A stretch of DNA of 39,010 bases from Octopus bimaculoides (Eukaryota), in NCBI RefSeq assembly GCF_001194135.2, contig NC_069003.1:16680724-16719733 (forward strand), written 5' to 3'. Every line of letters starts with the position of its first letter. The first letter of the stretch is position 1. A program made the position numbers and the translations under genes. Positions 1 through 11,774 of this stretch are shown here, one piece after another. The notes beneath the pieces were generated by a model that saw only the letters and a program-made list of their open reading frames with translations, did no database searches and was not told where the DNA came from.

Positions 1-70
1 ATATGCACGCGCACCCATGGCGGTGGGCAACTATGTATATGATTCTGATAATTGCTGCTACATTACAAAT

Positions 71-129
71 CAGGCTGATGAGGAATAGACAAATGGTAAG
101 AATTTGTTAAATCCGAAACCTGGTTCCTG
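71..129 (+). ncRNA. Minimal type I hammerhead ribozyme motif, probably in a Penelope pseudo-LTR
   Basis: Stem I CAGG(71-74)/CCTG(126-129); core CTGATGA 75-81; stem II GGA...TCC with inner ACAAAT/ATTTGT; GAAA 115-118; palindromic stem III ACCTGGT; predicted cleavage triplet GUU. Confidence 0.7.
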
Positions 130-290
130 TTTAATAATGATTTTCTTAGGTGATTTTAAATGTCTTGCCCGCTCACGTTTTTGGTATGCTGCTATATTTC
201 ATGTTGAGAACTTTTTAGGTCTTAATAGACACAAAATGTGATCTATTTCTAGCGCATTAATTGTCCACGTTAGTGGTCGACGTTATTTTT

Positions 291-326
<36 letters not shown>

Positions 327-446
327 CATATATATATTTACACTCACCATTAATCCAAATACACACAGGACCATCCACATACACCAATGAACCTTTCAAT
401 TGATGAAAATTGATAAACATCCTTCAGTTGAACATTTGTTACATGG

Positions 447-487
<41 letters not shown>

Positions 488-680
488 TACTACTACCACT
501 ACTACTACTATATTTATCCAACATTGTCAGTATGATCCCATAAAATTGCGGTTGCAGTTTGGAATCACTAGGCCATAGCAGATATAATGAAATAGGAGTT
601 TTTATATGTGTACTCAAAAATATTTCCCATAAATGAACTTAAAGGATATATAAATATATATAAGAAAAAAAGAAGAAAAT

Positions 681-1954
681 GGAGAAATTGACATATAGAC
701 ATTAGTTTATTCAAAGATATTCAAATCAATATAACATGAAATTTTTATCCCTACAGCCGTTTCTATATCTGATTGATTCAATTAGAGAAATTAAATTAAT
801 TAAAAATTTTCACATTGAAACTGGTTAATTGGGTATTTCATCAGGGGAGAATTTCCCAGAAAGTAGTTACATTTCAACATGTTGGTTGAGCCCTTGACAG
901 ACTCAGATGTGAACGTTTTGGGAATGCATATATTTAAAAAAACCCATTATGAGTGTATATATACATATAAACAAATACGTATGATATAGTTGTGATGTTA
1001 TTAATAATTAATTATATGTTAGAACTACTTGAAATTTGAATCTGTTGATACTTCACGTTTTATTGCACTAGCATGCACAAATATAAGCATTTAAGAATGC
1101 TTAGTAGCATATTGATATAAAAATATTAATTAAATAGTAAAGTTGTATATTAAGTTTTTCTACACAGGAGACAGTATCATTGCGATTTATTTGCTATAAA
1201 TTTAATCAAGCACACTTCTCATCAATATGTTGTTGATATTTTGTAATAAAATTATTAAACTAAAAGGTAAAATGTATTGATCTTATAGTAGTAGTGGCTT
1301 TAGTAATTTTAGTTTTTTATATAAAAATTTTTTATCAATTGTATTTGGTAACGTTTAAGTTTTCCTTTGTTTACATAGTTGTATTGACCATAACTTTTGT
1401 GCACAAATATGGATGACACTATAACTATAATATGATAATTAATTAGCAGTTTTTGATACGTCATATTTTTTGTTGGCTTCCATATTTTAATAAACGCACG
1501 CACAATTACATGATGAATATTACCGCCCTCTCTCTTCCCATCTCTCTTTCAATCTCTCACTCTCTCTAACACCTAGTTCACCCTAACTGCAACACCACTA
1601 CCAATAACAGCTATTACATATCACAAATGCACGTACACAACTATATCATACGTATTTGTTTATATGTATATATACACTCATAACGGTTTTTTAAAAATAT
1701 ATACATTACCAAAATGCTCACATCTGAGTCTGTCAAGGGCTCGACCAACACATTGGAATGTAACTCCTTTCTAGGAAATTCTCCTCTGATGAAATACCCA
1801 ATTAACCAGTTTCAATATGAACATTTTAAATTAATTTAATTTAATTTCTCTAATTGAATCAATTGGATATGGAAATGACTGTAGGGATAAGAATTTTATA
1901 TTATATTGATCTGAATATCTTTGAATAAACTGATGTCTATATGTCAATTTCTCC
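681..1954 (-). mobile_element. Non-autonomous Penelope-like remnant bounded by ~315-bp inverted repeats (681-994 / 1636-1954)
   Basis: The arms are clear reverse complements (e.g. GGAGAAATTGACATATAGAC...; ...GTCTATATGTCAATTTCTCC). The spacer has a very decayed CxLC-EKL-like GIY-YIG tail on the minus strand. The arms contain CTGATGA. Confidence 0.65.
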
Positions 1955-3450
1955 AGATAGGTATCGCTAGCAAGTATATTCTCAATACTATCAACTCCGA
2001 TATCAGAAAGGCTACAGCATTGATTCAATGGAACTCCAGTGCAGCCATGATCGATTGGTTCCACGGTATTGAGAATAAATCAGCCTGCAGATTCACCCAG
2101 TTCGACATTGTCAACTTCTATGCTTCCATATCTAAGCCCCTCCTTCTGAAAGCCTTAACTTTTGCTGAGCAATACACCAGCGTAAGTGATCTTCATATCA
2201 GAATTATCATGAATGCCAGTAAGTCAATTCTGGTCCACGAAGATTCCTTCTGGGTGAAGAAAGAAGGTGGTCCATTTGTTCGATGTCTCTATGGGGAGTT
2301 TTGACAGGGCTGAAATTGCCGACTTTGTTGGATACCCTCAAGAGATGTACCCATCCACATAGGTCGGCCTTATATAGGGATGACAGCCTGGCTATCTCAA
2401 GCCATATGAATGGCCATGCCATGGACAGGTTCAGGAAGGACTTGATAAAAATATTCAAGGAGTTCAGGCTGTCCATAATGGTTACCATCAACCTGACTAC
2501 GGTCGATTTCTTGGACATAACCTTAGACCTGAACACATGAAAGTATTAACCCTACAGGAAGCCTAATGAGGAAACGGTATACATCCACAAGGGATCAAAC
2601 CATCCCCCGCTGTAATTAGAAACCCAGTTTCAGGCATTAGCAAACAGGTATCTAATCTCTAGGTTAACAGAGAGATCTTTAATAGGGCCACCCACCACTA
2701 CGACGATGCTTTGGCTAGGAGTGGGTTTACTGAGAAGCTCACGTATGTGGACATTCCCCAACTCCCTCTCATTACCCCAAGAGGATTAGGAAAAGGAAAA
2801 TTAACTGGTATAATTCCCCTTTCAACCTAGAAGTAGCTAAGGGCTTCCTGTTGCTAATTAAGAAACACTTCCCCAGAGGCCACAAGTATTACAAACTCTT
2901 CAACCCTCGTAATGTCAAGTTGAGCTACTTCTGCTTAGATAACATCACATCTAACATTGCACGCATCAACAGATGTAAAAATGCACCTTCACAACCTCCA
3001 ACCCCAACTTGCAACTTTCGAAACCCCTCTACCTTCCCTCTAGAAGGATCCTGTCTCCCAAGGGCCATAGTATACAGAGTCAGTCTTACACCATCCAATG
3101 GCATCACTAGGCACTATATGGGCATGACAGTTAATGACTTCAAGGGAAGATACTCCCAGCACATGCACAGGAACAGAGAGAACTCTACTTCCCTGTGTCA
3201 TTTTCTCTAGAGACTGCATCACCTCTGAGACAAAACACCCAGAGTGAAGTGGACCATTATTGATGGAGCACCATCATATTCATCTGGCAGCCCTTACTGC
3301 CAACTTTGCCTCCACAAAAAACTGTATATCCTCTACCAACCTGCAGTGTCCATCAATAAGAAATATGATCTATCTTATAGATGTCACCAGAGATATGCCC
3401 TTCTGGCAAAGCCATTGACTATCGACAACCTGGATATACCACCTTAGTAC
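1950..3450 (+). mobile_element. Penelope-like retroelement, 5'-truncated, decayed RT + GIY-YIG endonuclease
   Basis: FDIVNFYASI, YRDD, VDFLDITLDL, PPFNLEV, IVY..HYMG, CQLCLHKK; several stops and frameshifts. Confidence 0.92.
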
Positions 3451-4589
3451 CAGCTGCTACCCTGCACCGCCTGAACCATCACCAATCAGCTCCTATGAAC
3501 AGGACTGCCAATTACCAATCCCCAAAGCTTATGAATCCCCAATGCTTGTTAAGCGCATGTACACTCATACATTCACATGCACACAAGTACATGTATGCAT
3601 ATGCATACATATGCACATGCATGCAAATATATGCATATAAATGGATACGCATGTGTGTGAGTCTGTGTGTATGTACATGCATGCACATAAATATATATAT
3701 ATGGACATATATGTGTATGTACGTGCACATGTGTGCAAGCACATATTCATATATCTGTGTGTATGTGTGTGTGGGTGTGTGCATGCAGACCCATGCAAAC
3801 ACATGCACACTTGCATAAATACAAATGTGCAAAACCATATAAGCACGTTCACACATTCATATATACATGTATATACTTGCACACACTGCCCCTTCCTAAT
3901 TTTCCTGTTCACCATGCGGTATTTCCCAAGTAACTGTTGTTGCTGATATACCAACATCAAACCATGACACCGTTTGACCTTTCTCAACCAATCGCAGCCC
4001 ACTTTCAGATAATAACAATCAACTTCTCTCATTAAAATTCAAAATAGCTGAAGATCAGCATCATGATCCACACACACACACACATTACATGTTTGTATTC
4101 TATTCAATTTTTGGTAGATCTACAAAACAAAAGTACTCCATCCATCAAGAGATAAATATGATTTAATAGACACTGAATTTAAATGTGAACAACTGTGAGT
4201 TAAATGCTTGGATAACAGTAATCAGGCAAACTTGTACAGTGTATTAGATGTTATCCTACAGTCTTTCAGGTTCAAAGTAAACGTGGCTGCTCTCTGACAA
4301 AAAGTAAGCAAGACCAGTATATAGGCAAAAAAAACAGAGGAAAAAGAAAAAGAAAATACAAACAAACATGAGGACGTAGCACAAGCAATGTATTGATATG
4401 ATGCTCAGAGAAAGAAGAGAATTGTTTTACATTTGGAGCATAGATCTTTGTTGGAAACAGGAAAAACAGGAAAGTTCAAAAGGAAAGAAGGAAGGAGAAA
4501 AAATTGCCAAGTCCATGTGCAATTACATTTCTGAAGTGACTGGAAGTAGGAGGAAGAGAAAGTGCTTTCTGGGACAGGAGAGTATGAAG

Positions 4590-5400
4590 ATGGTCAGTAT
4601 GTGTGTTCATGGTAGCGCGTGCGCAGTAGTGTATGTGTGTATGATAGCGTGTGTGTGTGGGGGGGGGCAGTAACTACGTGTGTGTGTGTGTGTGTGCATG
4701 GTAGCATGTGTGTATGTGGTGGTAACTGTATGTGTGTGTGNNNNNNNNNNNNNNNNNNNNNNNNNNNNNNNNNNNNNNNNNNNNNNNNNNNNNNNNAACT
4801 ACGTGTGTGTGTGTGTGTGCATGGTAGCATGTGTGTATGTGGTGGTAACTGTATGTGTGTGTGTGCATGGTAGCATGTGTGTATGTGGTGGTAACTGTAT
4901 GTGTGTGTGATAGCATGTGTGCGCTTGTGGCTGTATGTGTGTATGTTTGCATGTGTGTATGTTTGCATGTGTGTATAGATGGACGAGTCAATAGTGAGTC
5001 AGAGACAGTCTGAAGGGAGTGTGAATGAGTGGGTGTGACTCTGTGTGTGTGTGTGTTGGCATGTATGCATAGATAGATTTGGAGTATGTGTGTGTGCACA
5101 TGTATGGGTGCATGTGTGTGTGTCTCTCTCTCTGTATATATGTGTGTGTGTGTGGAAGTGTATGTATGTGCGTGTATATGTGTGCATTGTGTGTGTGGAG
5201 GTATATGTGCTTTCATGTATGTGTATACGTGTGAGTATGTGTGTGTGTGAATGTGTGCATGCGTGAGAGGGAGAAAGGGGTGAAGTGGAATGTGTGGGTG
5301 TAGCCAAAGGTGTGTATGCAGGCGTACATGTATGCGTGGGAGTGTGCGGGCGTGTGTTTGGTTGTGTGTGTGTGTGCACATGGATGTGTGTGTGCAGTGT
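4590..5400. repeat. Degenerate (GT)n-rich tract including a ~46-bp minisatellite around the gap at 4741-4796
   Basis: Unit gtgtgtgcatggtagcatgtgtgtatgtggtggtaactgtatgt repeated on both sides of the gap. Confidence 0.85.
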
Positions 5401-5465
5401 GTGGTACAGAAATATAAAATATAAAAAATAATACAAATAAATCATGAAAAATAAAAATTAGTAAT

Positions 5466-5823
5466 AAGAAGAACACTCAGAGAGCCCAAATCTACGCCAA
5501 GGCAATACCAATGTCCTCTCAACGATTAGCCAGAGATGATTTTTAAAATGAGAATATCTGAAATAAACTTGACTGCTCTCACAAATGAGAATACTAAAAA
5601 TGAACCGCTCTCAAAAATTAAGTAAAAAATCCGGAAAAATAATCCAGAATTCTTGTCCGGTACCAGATTGATCCCAAAACCTAATCAGTTCATGCCAGTC
5701 ATGAGGCCAAACATCCCTGAAAGTTTCATCTGAATCCATCCAGTGGTTCTTGAGATATCTTGTCCATAGACAAACAAACGCAACTGAAAACAATACCTCT
5801 GCCTTCGCTAAGGCGAAGGTAAT
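5466..5823 (+). mobile_element. Helentron/Helitron-associated non-autonomous element (HINE/DINE-like)
   Basis: 5' AACACTCAGAGAG..ATCTACGCCAAGG; 3' perfect hairpin CCTTCGC-TAAG-GCGAAGG (5802-5819) followed by TAAT; A/T-rich flanks. Confidence 0.65.
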
Positions 5824-5879
5824 AAACAAAATAAATGAAAAAGATTACATGAATAAATCAGTAACAGAAATAGAATCAG

Positions 5880-6630
5880 TAACAGAAAAATGGGACTTAA
5901 AGACAGGCAGGAGAAGGAGTTCCTAATGCAGAGGGTGTGCTGGTTGGATCCAGTGAGGGAGGTGGTGTTGGTGATGAAAGGACAAGTATGACAATGGGAT
6001 CTGGAGCAAGGGAAGGATCCAGGTTGGATTGGAATGGAGTGGGGAGGGAACTGCAGATCAGTAGATTGCATAGGTTATGGGCGTGTTTGAAATAGGGCAA
6101 GGGTGGGTTGGGGCAAATAAGGAGGGTGGTAGGTTCTAGCTGGAGGCGACGGAAGGCCTGCAGGATCTTCCAAGGATGAGGTAAGGTGGAGGGGTGGAAA
6201 AGGAGGGGAAAAGGGATGCAGTTGGGGATTGGTGTGGGGAAGGAGAGAGGGCAGTAGTGCAATCGATTTGACAAGCATGGGTAAGGCCAGTTTGGACAAG
6301 GGTGGATGGGTATCCACAATGCATGAACAAGAGGGTCAGGTATTGGGACTGGGTTTCGAAATCCTGGTCCTGGCTGCACAGGCATTGGAGGTGGAGGAAC
6401 TGGGAGTAGGGGATGACCCGTTTGGTGTGGAAGGGATAGGAGGAGGAAAAGTTGAGGTAGAAGTGGAAGTTTGTGGGTTTAAAGAATGCAGAGGTGGTGT
6501 GAGAGTGGGTGAGGGGGTCAATGAAGAGAGAGATAGTGAGGAAGTTTACAGATGTATAAGAGATGGTAGAGGTGAATTTGAGAGACTGGTGGAAGTTAGA
6601 AATGAAAGCAATGGAATTGGAGAGCTGTTC
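5880..6630 (-). mobile_element. Penelope-like retroelement fragment (RT thumb, linker, start of GIY-YIG)
   Basis: Minus strand reads FHQSLKFTSTISYTSVNFL, PLLFHP, PNPPLPYFKHAHNL, PGSFPCSRSHCHTCPFI. Confidence 0.88.
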
Positions 6631-6644
6631 ACGGGAGAGGGAGG

Positions 6645-7045
6645 TAGTGCCTATATATATTTGTGGGAGGAGGTACTTGAGTCGTGCAGGACTGGTATGT
6701 CATCAAAGAACTCAAAGGAATCAACCCATTGTAAATGGGGATATGGCTATAGTTCCCAACAGAACATGTGCAACCTGTGGAAAAGTGTGCCTTTCAGTTG
6801 GAGGAATGAAAAGGCATGTCAAAAGAATTCATACTGTGGCACCTGTTCTCTCTGCCAGCCTGCACAGTTGTGCACTATGCAACAGAATGTGCAAATCTAT
6901 GACTGGGCTCAAGAGTCATAAAAGGGCCTCACATTGCGTCAACAATGACTCATTTCAGGGATTCTTTCTAGCAATAGCTTTGTTTGTATACCAGAAAGCA
7001 GCTGCTCTGTATGTATGTATGTGACCTGTCTAATTTATGTATGTA
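6645..7045 (+). mobile_element. LINE (RTE-like) 3' end encoding C2H2-type zinc fingers, ending in a (TATG)n tail
   Basis: CATCGKVCLSVGGMKRHVKRIH and CALCNRMCKSMTGLKSHKRASH, plus a broken first finger; TATG repeats at about 7008-7045. Confidence 0.6.
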
Positions 7046-7464
7046 AGGTGTCCAGGCAAGCAGTTGGCCCACTAGGAGTGGGAGGCCCCTCTGTTGTTGT
7101 CACATCTTTCTAGGAGAGGGAAACTCTGAAAGAAAATCTTCGACATTGACAATATTTGATGATGTAGATTAGTTCTTCTTTTCGAGTTTATGTTGTCCAT
7201 GTTCAGAGAATGGGATTGGATTTGTACAAATCCTTTCCTCACTGTAAAAAATCATCATGCACTGGCATCGCTTGAAAAAAAGTAAAGACCTATTACAAGA
7301 ATGACTGGTCATAGCCTTTGCATGTGTAGGACTTTTGATCAGGCGATGGCAATACTCGAACACGAGTTTGCAACCATCTTGTGTGTGTGTGTGTGTGTGT
7401 GTGCATATGCATATACAAGCTGTCTATTTCCACTTGCAAAGTCTTCTCAGAGTCTCTCCATAAG

Positions 7465-7501
<37 letters not shown>

Positions 7502-7527
7502 GTATTAACACATATAAGAGTACTGAC

Positions 7528-7674
7528 CTCTATAATTTTCAGACCATCCAGCAGATACTTCCCAGTATCATTGACCACAGACAACAGATTCTCCTCTTTC
7601 ATCACCTTCACCACCTCCTCCAACAGGATAACTTTGGCAGGGTCACCAAGCCATGTGTTGTAGATCCTTCCAGG
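7528..7674 (-). CDS. ABAT: ABAT-like exon, 147 nt: PGRIYNTWLGDPAKVILLEEVVKVMKEENLLSVVNDTGKYLLDGLKIIE
   Basis: caacag acceptor, gtcagt donor; RIxNTWxGDP motif. Confidence 0.96.
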
Positions 7675-8499
7675 CTGTTGAGATGAAATATAAAAATGAT
7701 ATGCTTCTATTGTAATTATCATACTGCTAGTATAATGTGCATGTGTTTGTGTGCATACGCTCTGTTGTAGAGGTCAGCTGCCCAGCAGATGTGAATGTAC
7801 CATCAAAAGTCCAGTAAAAAGAGAATATTTATGGTGAATTAATATGGAACTTACTGCTCTTGCACTCTGACTATAAATTCTCATTTATACCTATCATATA
7901 GGTGCATTAGGCTATGTACCGACAAACTTATACAAAACCCTAGAAACATTAGGTTTTTCAAAGAAAGAACATGAGATTGATACACATTTTTCAAATCCAA
8001 TCTATTAGTGATACAGCAAAGTTTTGTAAGTCATTTCAAAGATTTTCCATTAGATTTTGTAGATGACTAGTGTGTATTGACAGCTCAACCAAAACACCTA
8101 CTCAATCACATGTTTACAAACACTGGGAACTCTCTTAACTAAAAAAGCATTGTTGCTTTATTAGTGACCAGCTTGAACTCTGTCAAACACTTAAATGAAA
8201 CTCAAAGAAAATCATACATACGCACATATATACATAGCATTAATGATGATCCTTGCTGAAGAGAAAACTGTGAGACTGGAAGCAGTCCAGTAACATCAAA
8301 CACCAAACAAACAAAAAAATGGAGTCTCTACATCAGCAGACCTCAACTTTTTTTGCAAAACAGACTAATTTGATACATGACAATTTCCCCACAGACAATA
8401 AAGTACATAAATTAATCATAACACATATAATACTTATAAATTACACTTATAATGCACATATATATATATAACATATGGTGTAGCAGCACCATAGTCAAC

Positions 8500-10255
8500 T
8501 GCTACAAAGGTATAGGTGACGCTTTAGATACAAATAATTACAGAGGTATCAAGTTGTTAGATCAGGTAATGAAAGTCACGTAGAGGGTCATAGCCCAACT
8601 AATTAGGGAGCGAGTCAGTTTAGATGAGATGCAGTTTGGGTTCGTGCCAAGGAAAAGCACCACTGATGCTATATTTCTGGTAAGACAGCTGCAGGAGAAA
8701 TACTTAGCCAAGAATAAACCTCTGTACCTGGCTTTCGTTGACATGGAGAAAGCCTTTGACAGGGTCCCCGCGATCCCTTATCTGGTGGTCAATGAGGAAA
8801 CTAGGGATAGNNNNNNNNNNNNNNNNNNNNNNNNNNNNNNNNNNNNNNNNNNNNNNNNNNNNNNNNNNNNNNNNNNNNNNNNNNNNNNNNNNNNNNNNNN
8901 NNNNNNNNNNNNNNNNNNNNNNNNNNNNNNNNNNNNNNNNNNNNNNNNNNNNNNNNNNNNNNNNNNNNNNNNNNNNNNNNNNNNNNNNNNNNNNNNNNNN
9001 NNNNNNNNNNNNNNNNNNNNNNNNNNNNNNNNNNNNNNNNNNNNNNNNNNNNNNNNNNNNNNNNNNNNNNNNNNNNNNNNNNNNNNNNNNNNNNNNNNNN
9101 NNNNNNNNNNNNNNNNNNNNNNNNNNNNNNNNNNNNNNNNNNNNNNNNNNNNNNNNNNNNNNNNNNNNNNNNNNNNNNNNNNNNNNNNNNNNNNNNNNNN
9201 NNNNNNNNNNNNNNNNNNNNNNNNNNNNNNNNNNNNNNNNNNNNNNNNNNNNNNNNNNNNNNNNNNNNNNNNNNNNNNNNNNNNNNNNNNNNNNNNNNNN
9301 NNNNNNNNNNNNNNNNNNNNNNNNNNNNNNNNNNNNNNNNNNNNNNNNNNNNNNNNNNNNNNNNNNNNNNNNNNNNNNNNNNNNNNGTAAGCTCGAAAGG
9401 AATGAAGCCAGTATGCTCCGATGGATGTGTAATGTCAGTGTGCATACTCGACAGAATGTAAGTACCTTGAGAAAAAAGTTGAACCTAAGAAGCATCACTT
9501 GTGGTGTGCAAGAGAGACGATTGTGCTGGTATGGTCATGTGGTGAGAATGGATGAGGATAGCTGTGTGAAAGTGCCACACCTTAGCAGTTGAGGGAACCT
9601 GTGGAAGAAGTAGGCCCAGGAAGACCTGGGATGAGGTGATAAAGCACGACCTCTGAACATTAGGCCTCACTGAGGCAATGATTTGTGACTGAGACCTTTG
9701 GAAATATGCTGTGCATGAGAAGACCCAGCAAGCCAAGTGAGACTGAAATCCAAGGCCTCTGCCAGAGCCAGGGATAGACCAAAATCCAAGGCCTTGCCAG
9801 GGATGTAGCCAGTCCACTTATGCGTACCTTTCCTTAATTGGACACTAAACTCGGCTTGCAAAGACCTGTTGGGGCAAGCGAAAGCGAAATCGTGATGGCA
9901 CCACCGTTCGAGTGTGATCGTTACCAGAGTTGCCTTCCTGGCACGTAAAAAGTCATTCGAGTGAGATCATTGCCAGTGCTGCTGGACTGGCTACTGTGCA
10001 GGTGGCATGTAAAATACACCATTTTGAGCATGGCCGTTGCCAGTACCGCTTTACTGGCCTTCGTGCCGGTGGCACATAAAAGCACCCACTACACTCTCAG
10101 AGTGGTTGGCGTTAGGAAGGGCATCCAGCTGTAGAAACTCTGCCAAATCAGTTTGGAGCCTGGTGTAGCCATCTGGTTCACCAGTCCTCAGTCAAATCGT
10201 CTAACCCATGCTAGCTTGGAAAGCGGATGTTAAACGATGATGATGATGATGATGG
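8500..10255 (+). mobile_element. RTE-clade LINE, RT C-terminal part (interrupted by gap 8811-9386) plus long 3' tail ending in (GAT)n
   Basis: QFGFVPRKSTTDAIFLVRQLQEK, LAFVDMEKAFDRVP, RNEASMLRWMC, RRLCWYGHVVRM; the 3' region has degenerate 50-60-bp subrepeats and the GCACCCACTACACTC...GGAAGGGCATCCAGC tail. Confidence 0.9.
8811..9386. other. Assembly gap (largest); other gaps at 4741-4796, 11760-11769, 22441-22788, 33314-33422 and 37639-37832
   Basis: Runs of N. Confidence 1.
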
Positions 10256-10832
10256 TGAATACATATATATGTTTTATCTTTTATTTGTGTTGTGATTTGA
10301 AATTAAATCACTAGGTAGGTAGCCAGTTGGATATTATGATCAAACTACAGTAATTTCATGTGATCAGTCTATTAAACAGCCAATCAGCATCAAGTCACCA
10401 TGTGATTTAATCTTCTAGAATCTTCTTGAGCCCTATCAAAATGCATTTTTTGGCAGTAATTGCAAAATGTTGAAGTAGTCATGCATTGTATCTCCATTCT
10501 TGTAACATCCAACTTGTTATGACAAATGGCTGATAGTAGACAGGAATTTTCATCACCATTAGTGCAATTATTTTCCAGTTGTGATGGGCCAACCATAGAT
10601 TGCATAGATTAATAAGCTTGTTGTAAACTCCAAGCAGTATGTCTCTCCCAGTATTATTATTGATAGTATTTGTTAAAGAGCAACACAGTTAAAACTTTAT
10701 GTGCCATAATAAAATGTTGATTGTTTGTGGCCGTTGTCAGTTATTTCTTCACACAACACAAGAAATACATTTTCATTCAGCAACTTAACCAGTCATCACC
10801 TCAGACCAGACAACAACAACATGACAACCCAC

Positions 10833-11205
10833 TTGTTTCAGTTGTTCGAGTGTGGCCATGTAGTATTGCCTTGAAGAATTTTAGTTGAACTAATCAACCC
10901 CAGTAATTATTTTTTTTAAAGCCTGGTACTTATTCTATTGGTTTCTTTTTCTGGACCCCTAACTTACTGGGACTGAAATACACTGACACAAGTTGTCAAG
11001 TGGTAGTGTTACACACAGACACACACACATGCACATCTCATGCGTGTGTGTGTACAATGGCTTCTATCAGTTTCTGTCTACCATTACATGGTTTTCATGA
11101 ACCTGAAACTATAGTAGAAGACACTTTCCCAAGGTGTCACCAAGTAGGATTGAACCCAGAAGTATGAGGTTGGGAAGCAAACTTTTTACCACATAGCCAC
11201 ACCCA
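10833..11205 (-). mobile_element. tRNA-derived SINE with central (CA)n
   Basis: Same family as 32330-32726 (TACTTATTCTAT...; TAGTAGAAGACACTT.CCCAAGGTG). Confidence 0.85.
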
Positions 11206-11224
11206 TATCCATAGCCATAATACA

Positions 11225-11759
11225 TACAATAGAATTGCAAAAACGTCTGAATCTGGCGAATAGGGTGGGTGCAGAAACAAAATCATGTTTTTTGCAAGGA
11301 ACTCATGAGTGAGGAGAGCTCAGTGACAGGGTGCATTGTCATTGTGAAGAATCTAATTCTTTGCTCTCCACAGATCTGGTTGCTTTCACTAAATTTCCTC
11401 TGACAATTTTCATGCACCAGCTGATAAATTTTCTTCACATATCCAGGAGTGATGCTCATGGCAGGTCTTCCAGATTGCTCATCATCTTCCAGGGACGTTC
11501 TTCTGCTTTTGAAGTACCCATGCAACTCAAAACATTGCCAAAGCATGCTCACTATCTCTGTTGCAGACTTCCCAAATTTAATGCAAAATTTCACATTGGC
11601 CTTTTATTCTAACTTCTTCTCCATGACAAAAATCACAGACTACAGGCCTAAACATGATCACAAAAACACAAATTTCACAACTTGTAAAATAAACACAACA
11701 ATGTCACTTGGCATACTGCCTCATGAAAGTCACTGCTAGCTCTCACTGTGCACACAACC
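11225..11759 (-). mobile_element. Mariner transposase N-terminal fragment
   Basis: KFCIKFGKSATE..., RTSLEDDEQSGRP (HTH region). Confidence 0.85.
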
Positions 11760-11774
11760 NNNNNNNNNNATGTA

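Noticed and set aside
4460-4545. Minus-strand HFRNVIAHGLGNFFSF, superficially like the missing ABAT exon (RGxGTF)
   Set aside because: Wrong splice phase and an in-frame stop follows; the last two ABAT exons were not found in 1-7527
3381-5476. Long C/V/H/T/Y-rich ORFs here and at 7293-7686, 14702-14887, 28143-28528 and 36403-36984
   Set aside because: Translations of (CA/GT/TA)n microsatellites, which lack stop codons
6229-6921. 230-aa plus-strand ORF
   Set aside because: Mostly the antisense of a pyrimidine-rich Penelope remnant, running into a LINE tail
7060-7135. Possible HDV-like ribozyme in RTE 5' sequences (also 16450-16620)
   Set aside because: Small stems are present, but I could not assemble the nested double pseudoknot
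8629-9592. 200+ aa ORFs with X runs (also 22359-22946, 33235-33600, 37394-37916)
   Set aside because: Artifacts of N gaps
9890-10085. Spaced repeats resembling a CRISPR array
   Set aside because: Degenerate subrepeats of the RTE 3' tail; eukaryotic context, no constant repeat or unique spacers
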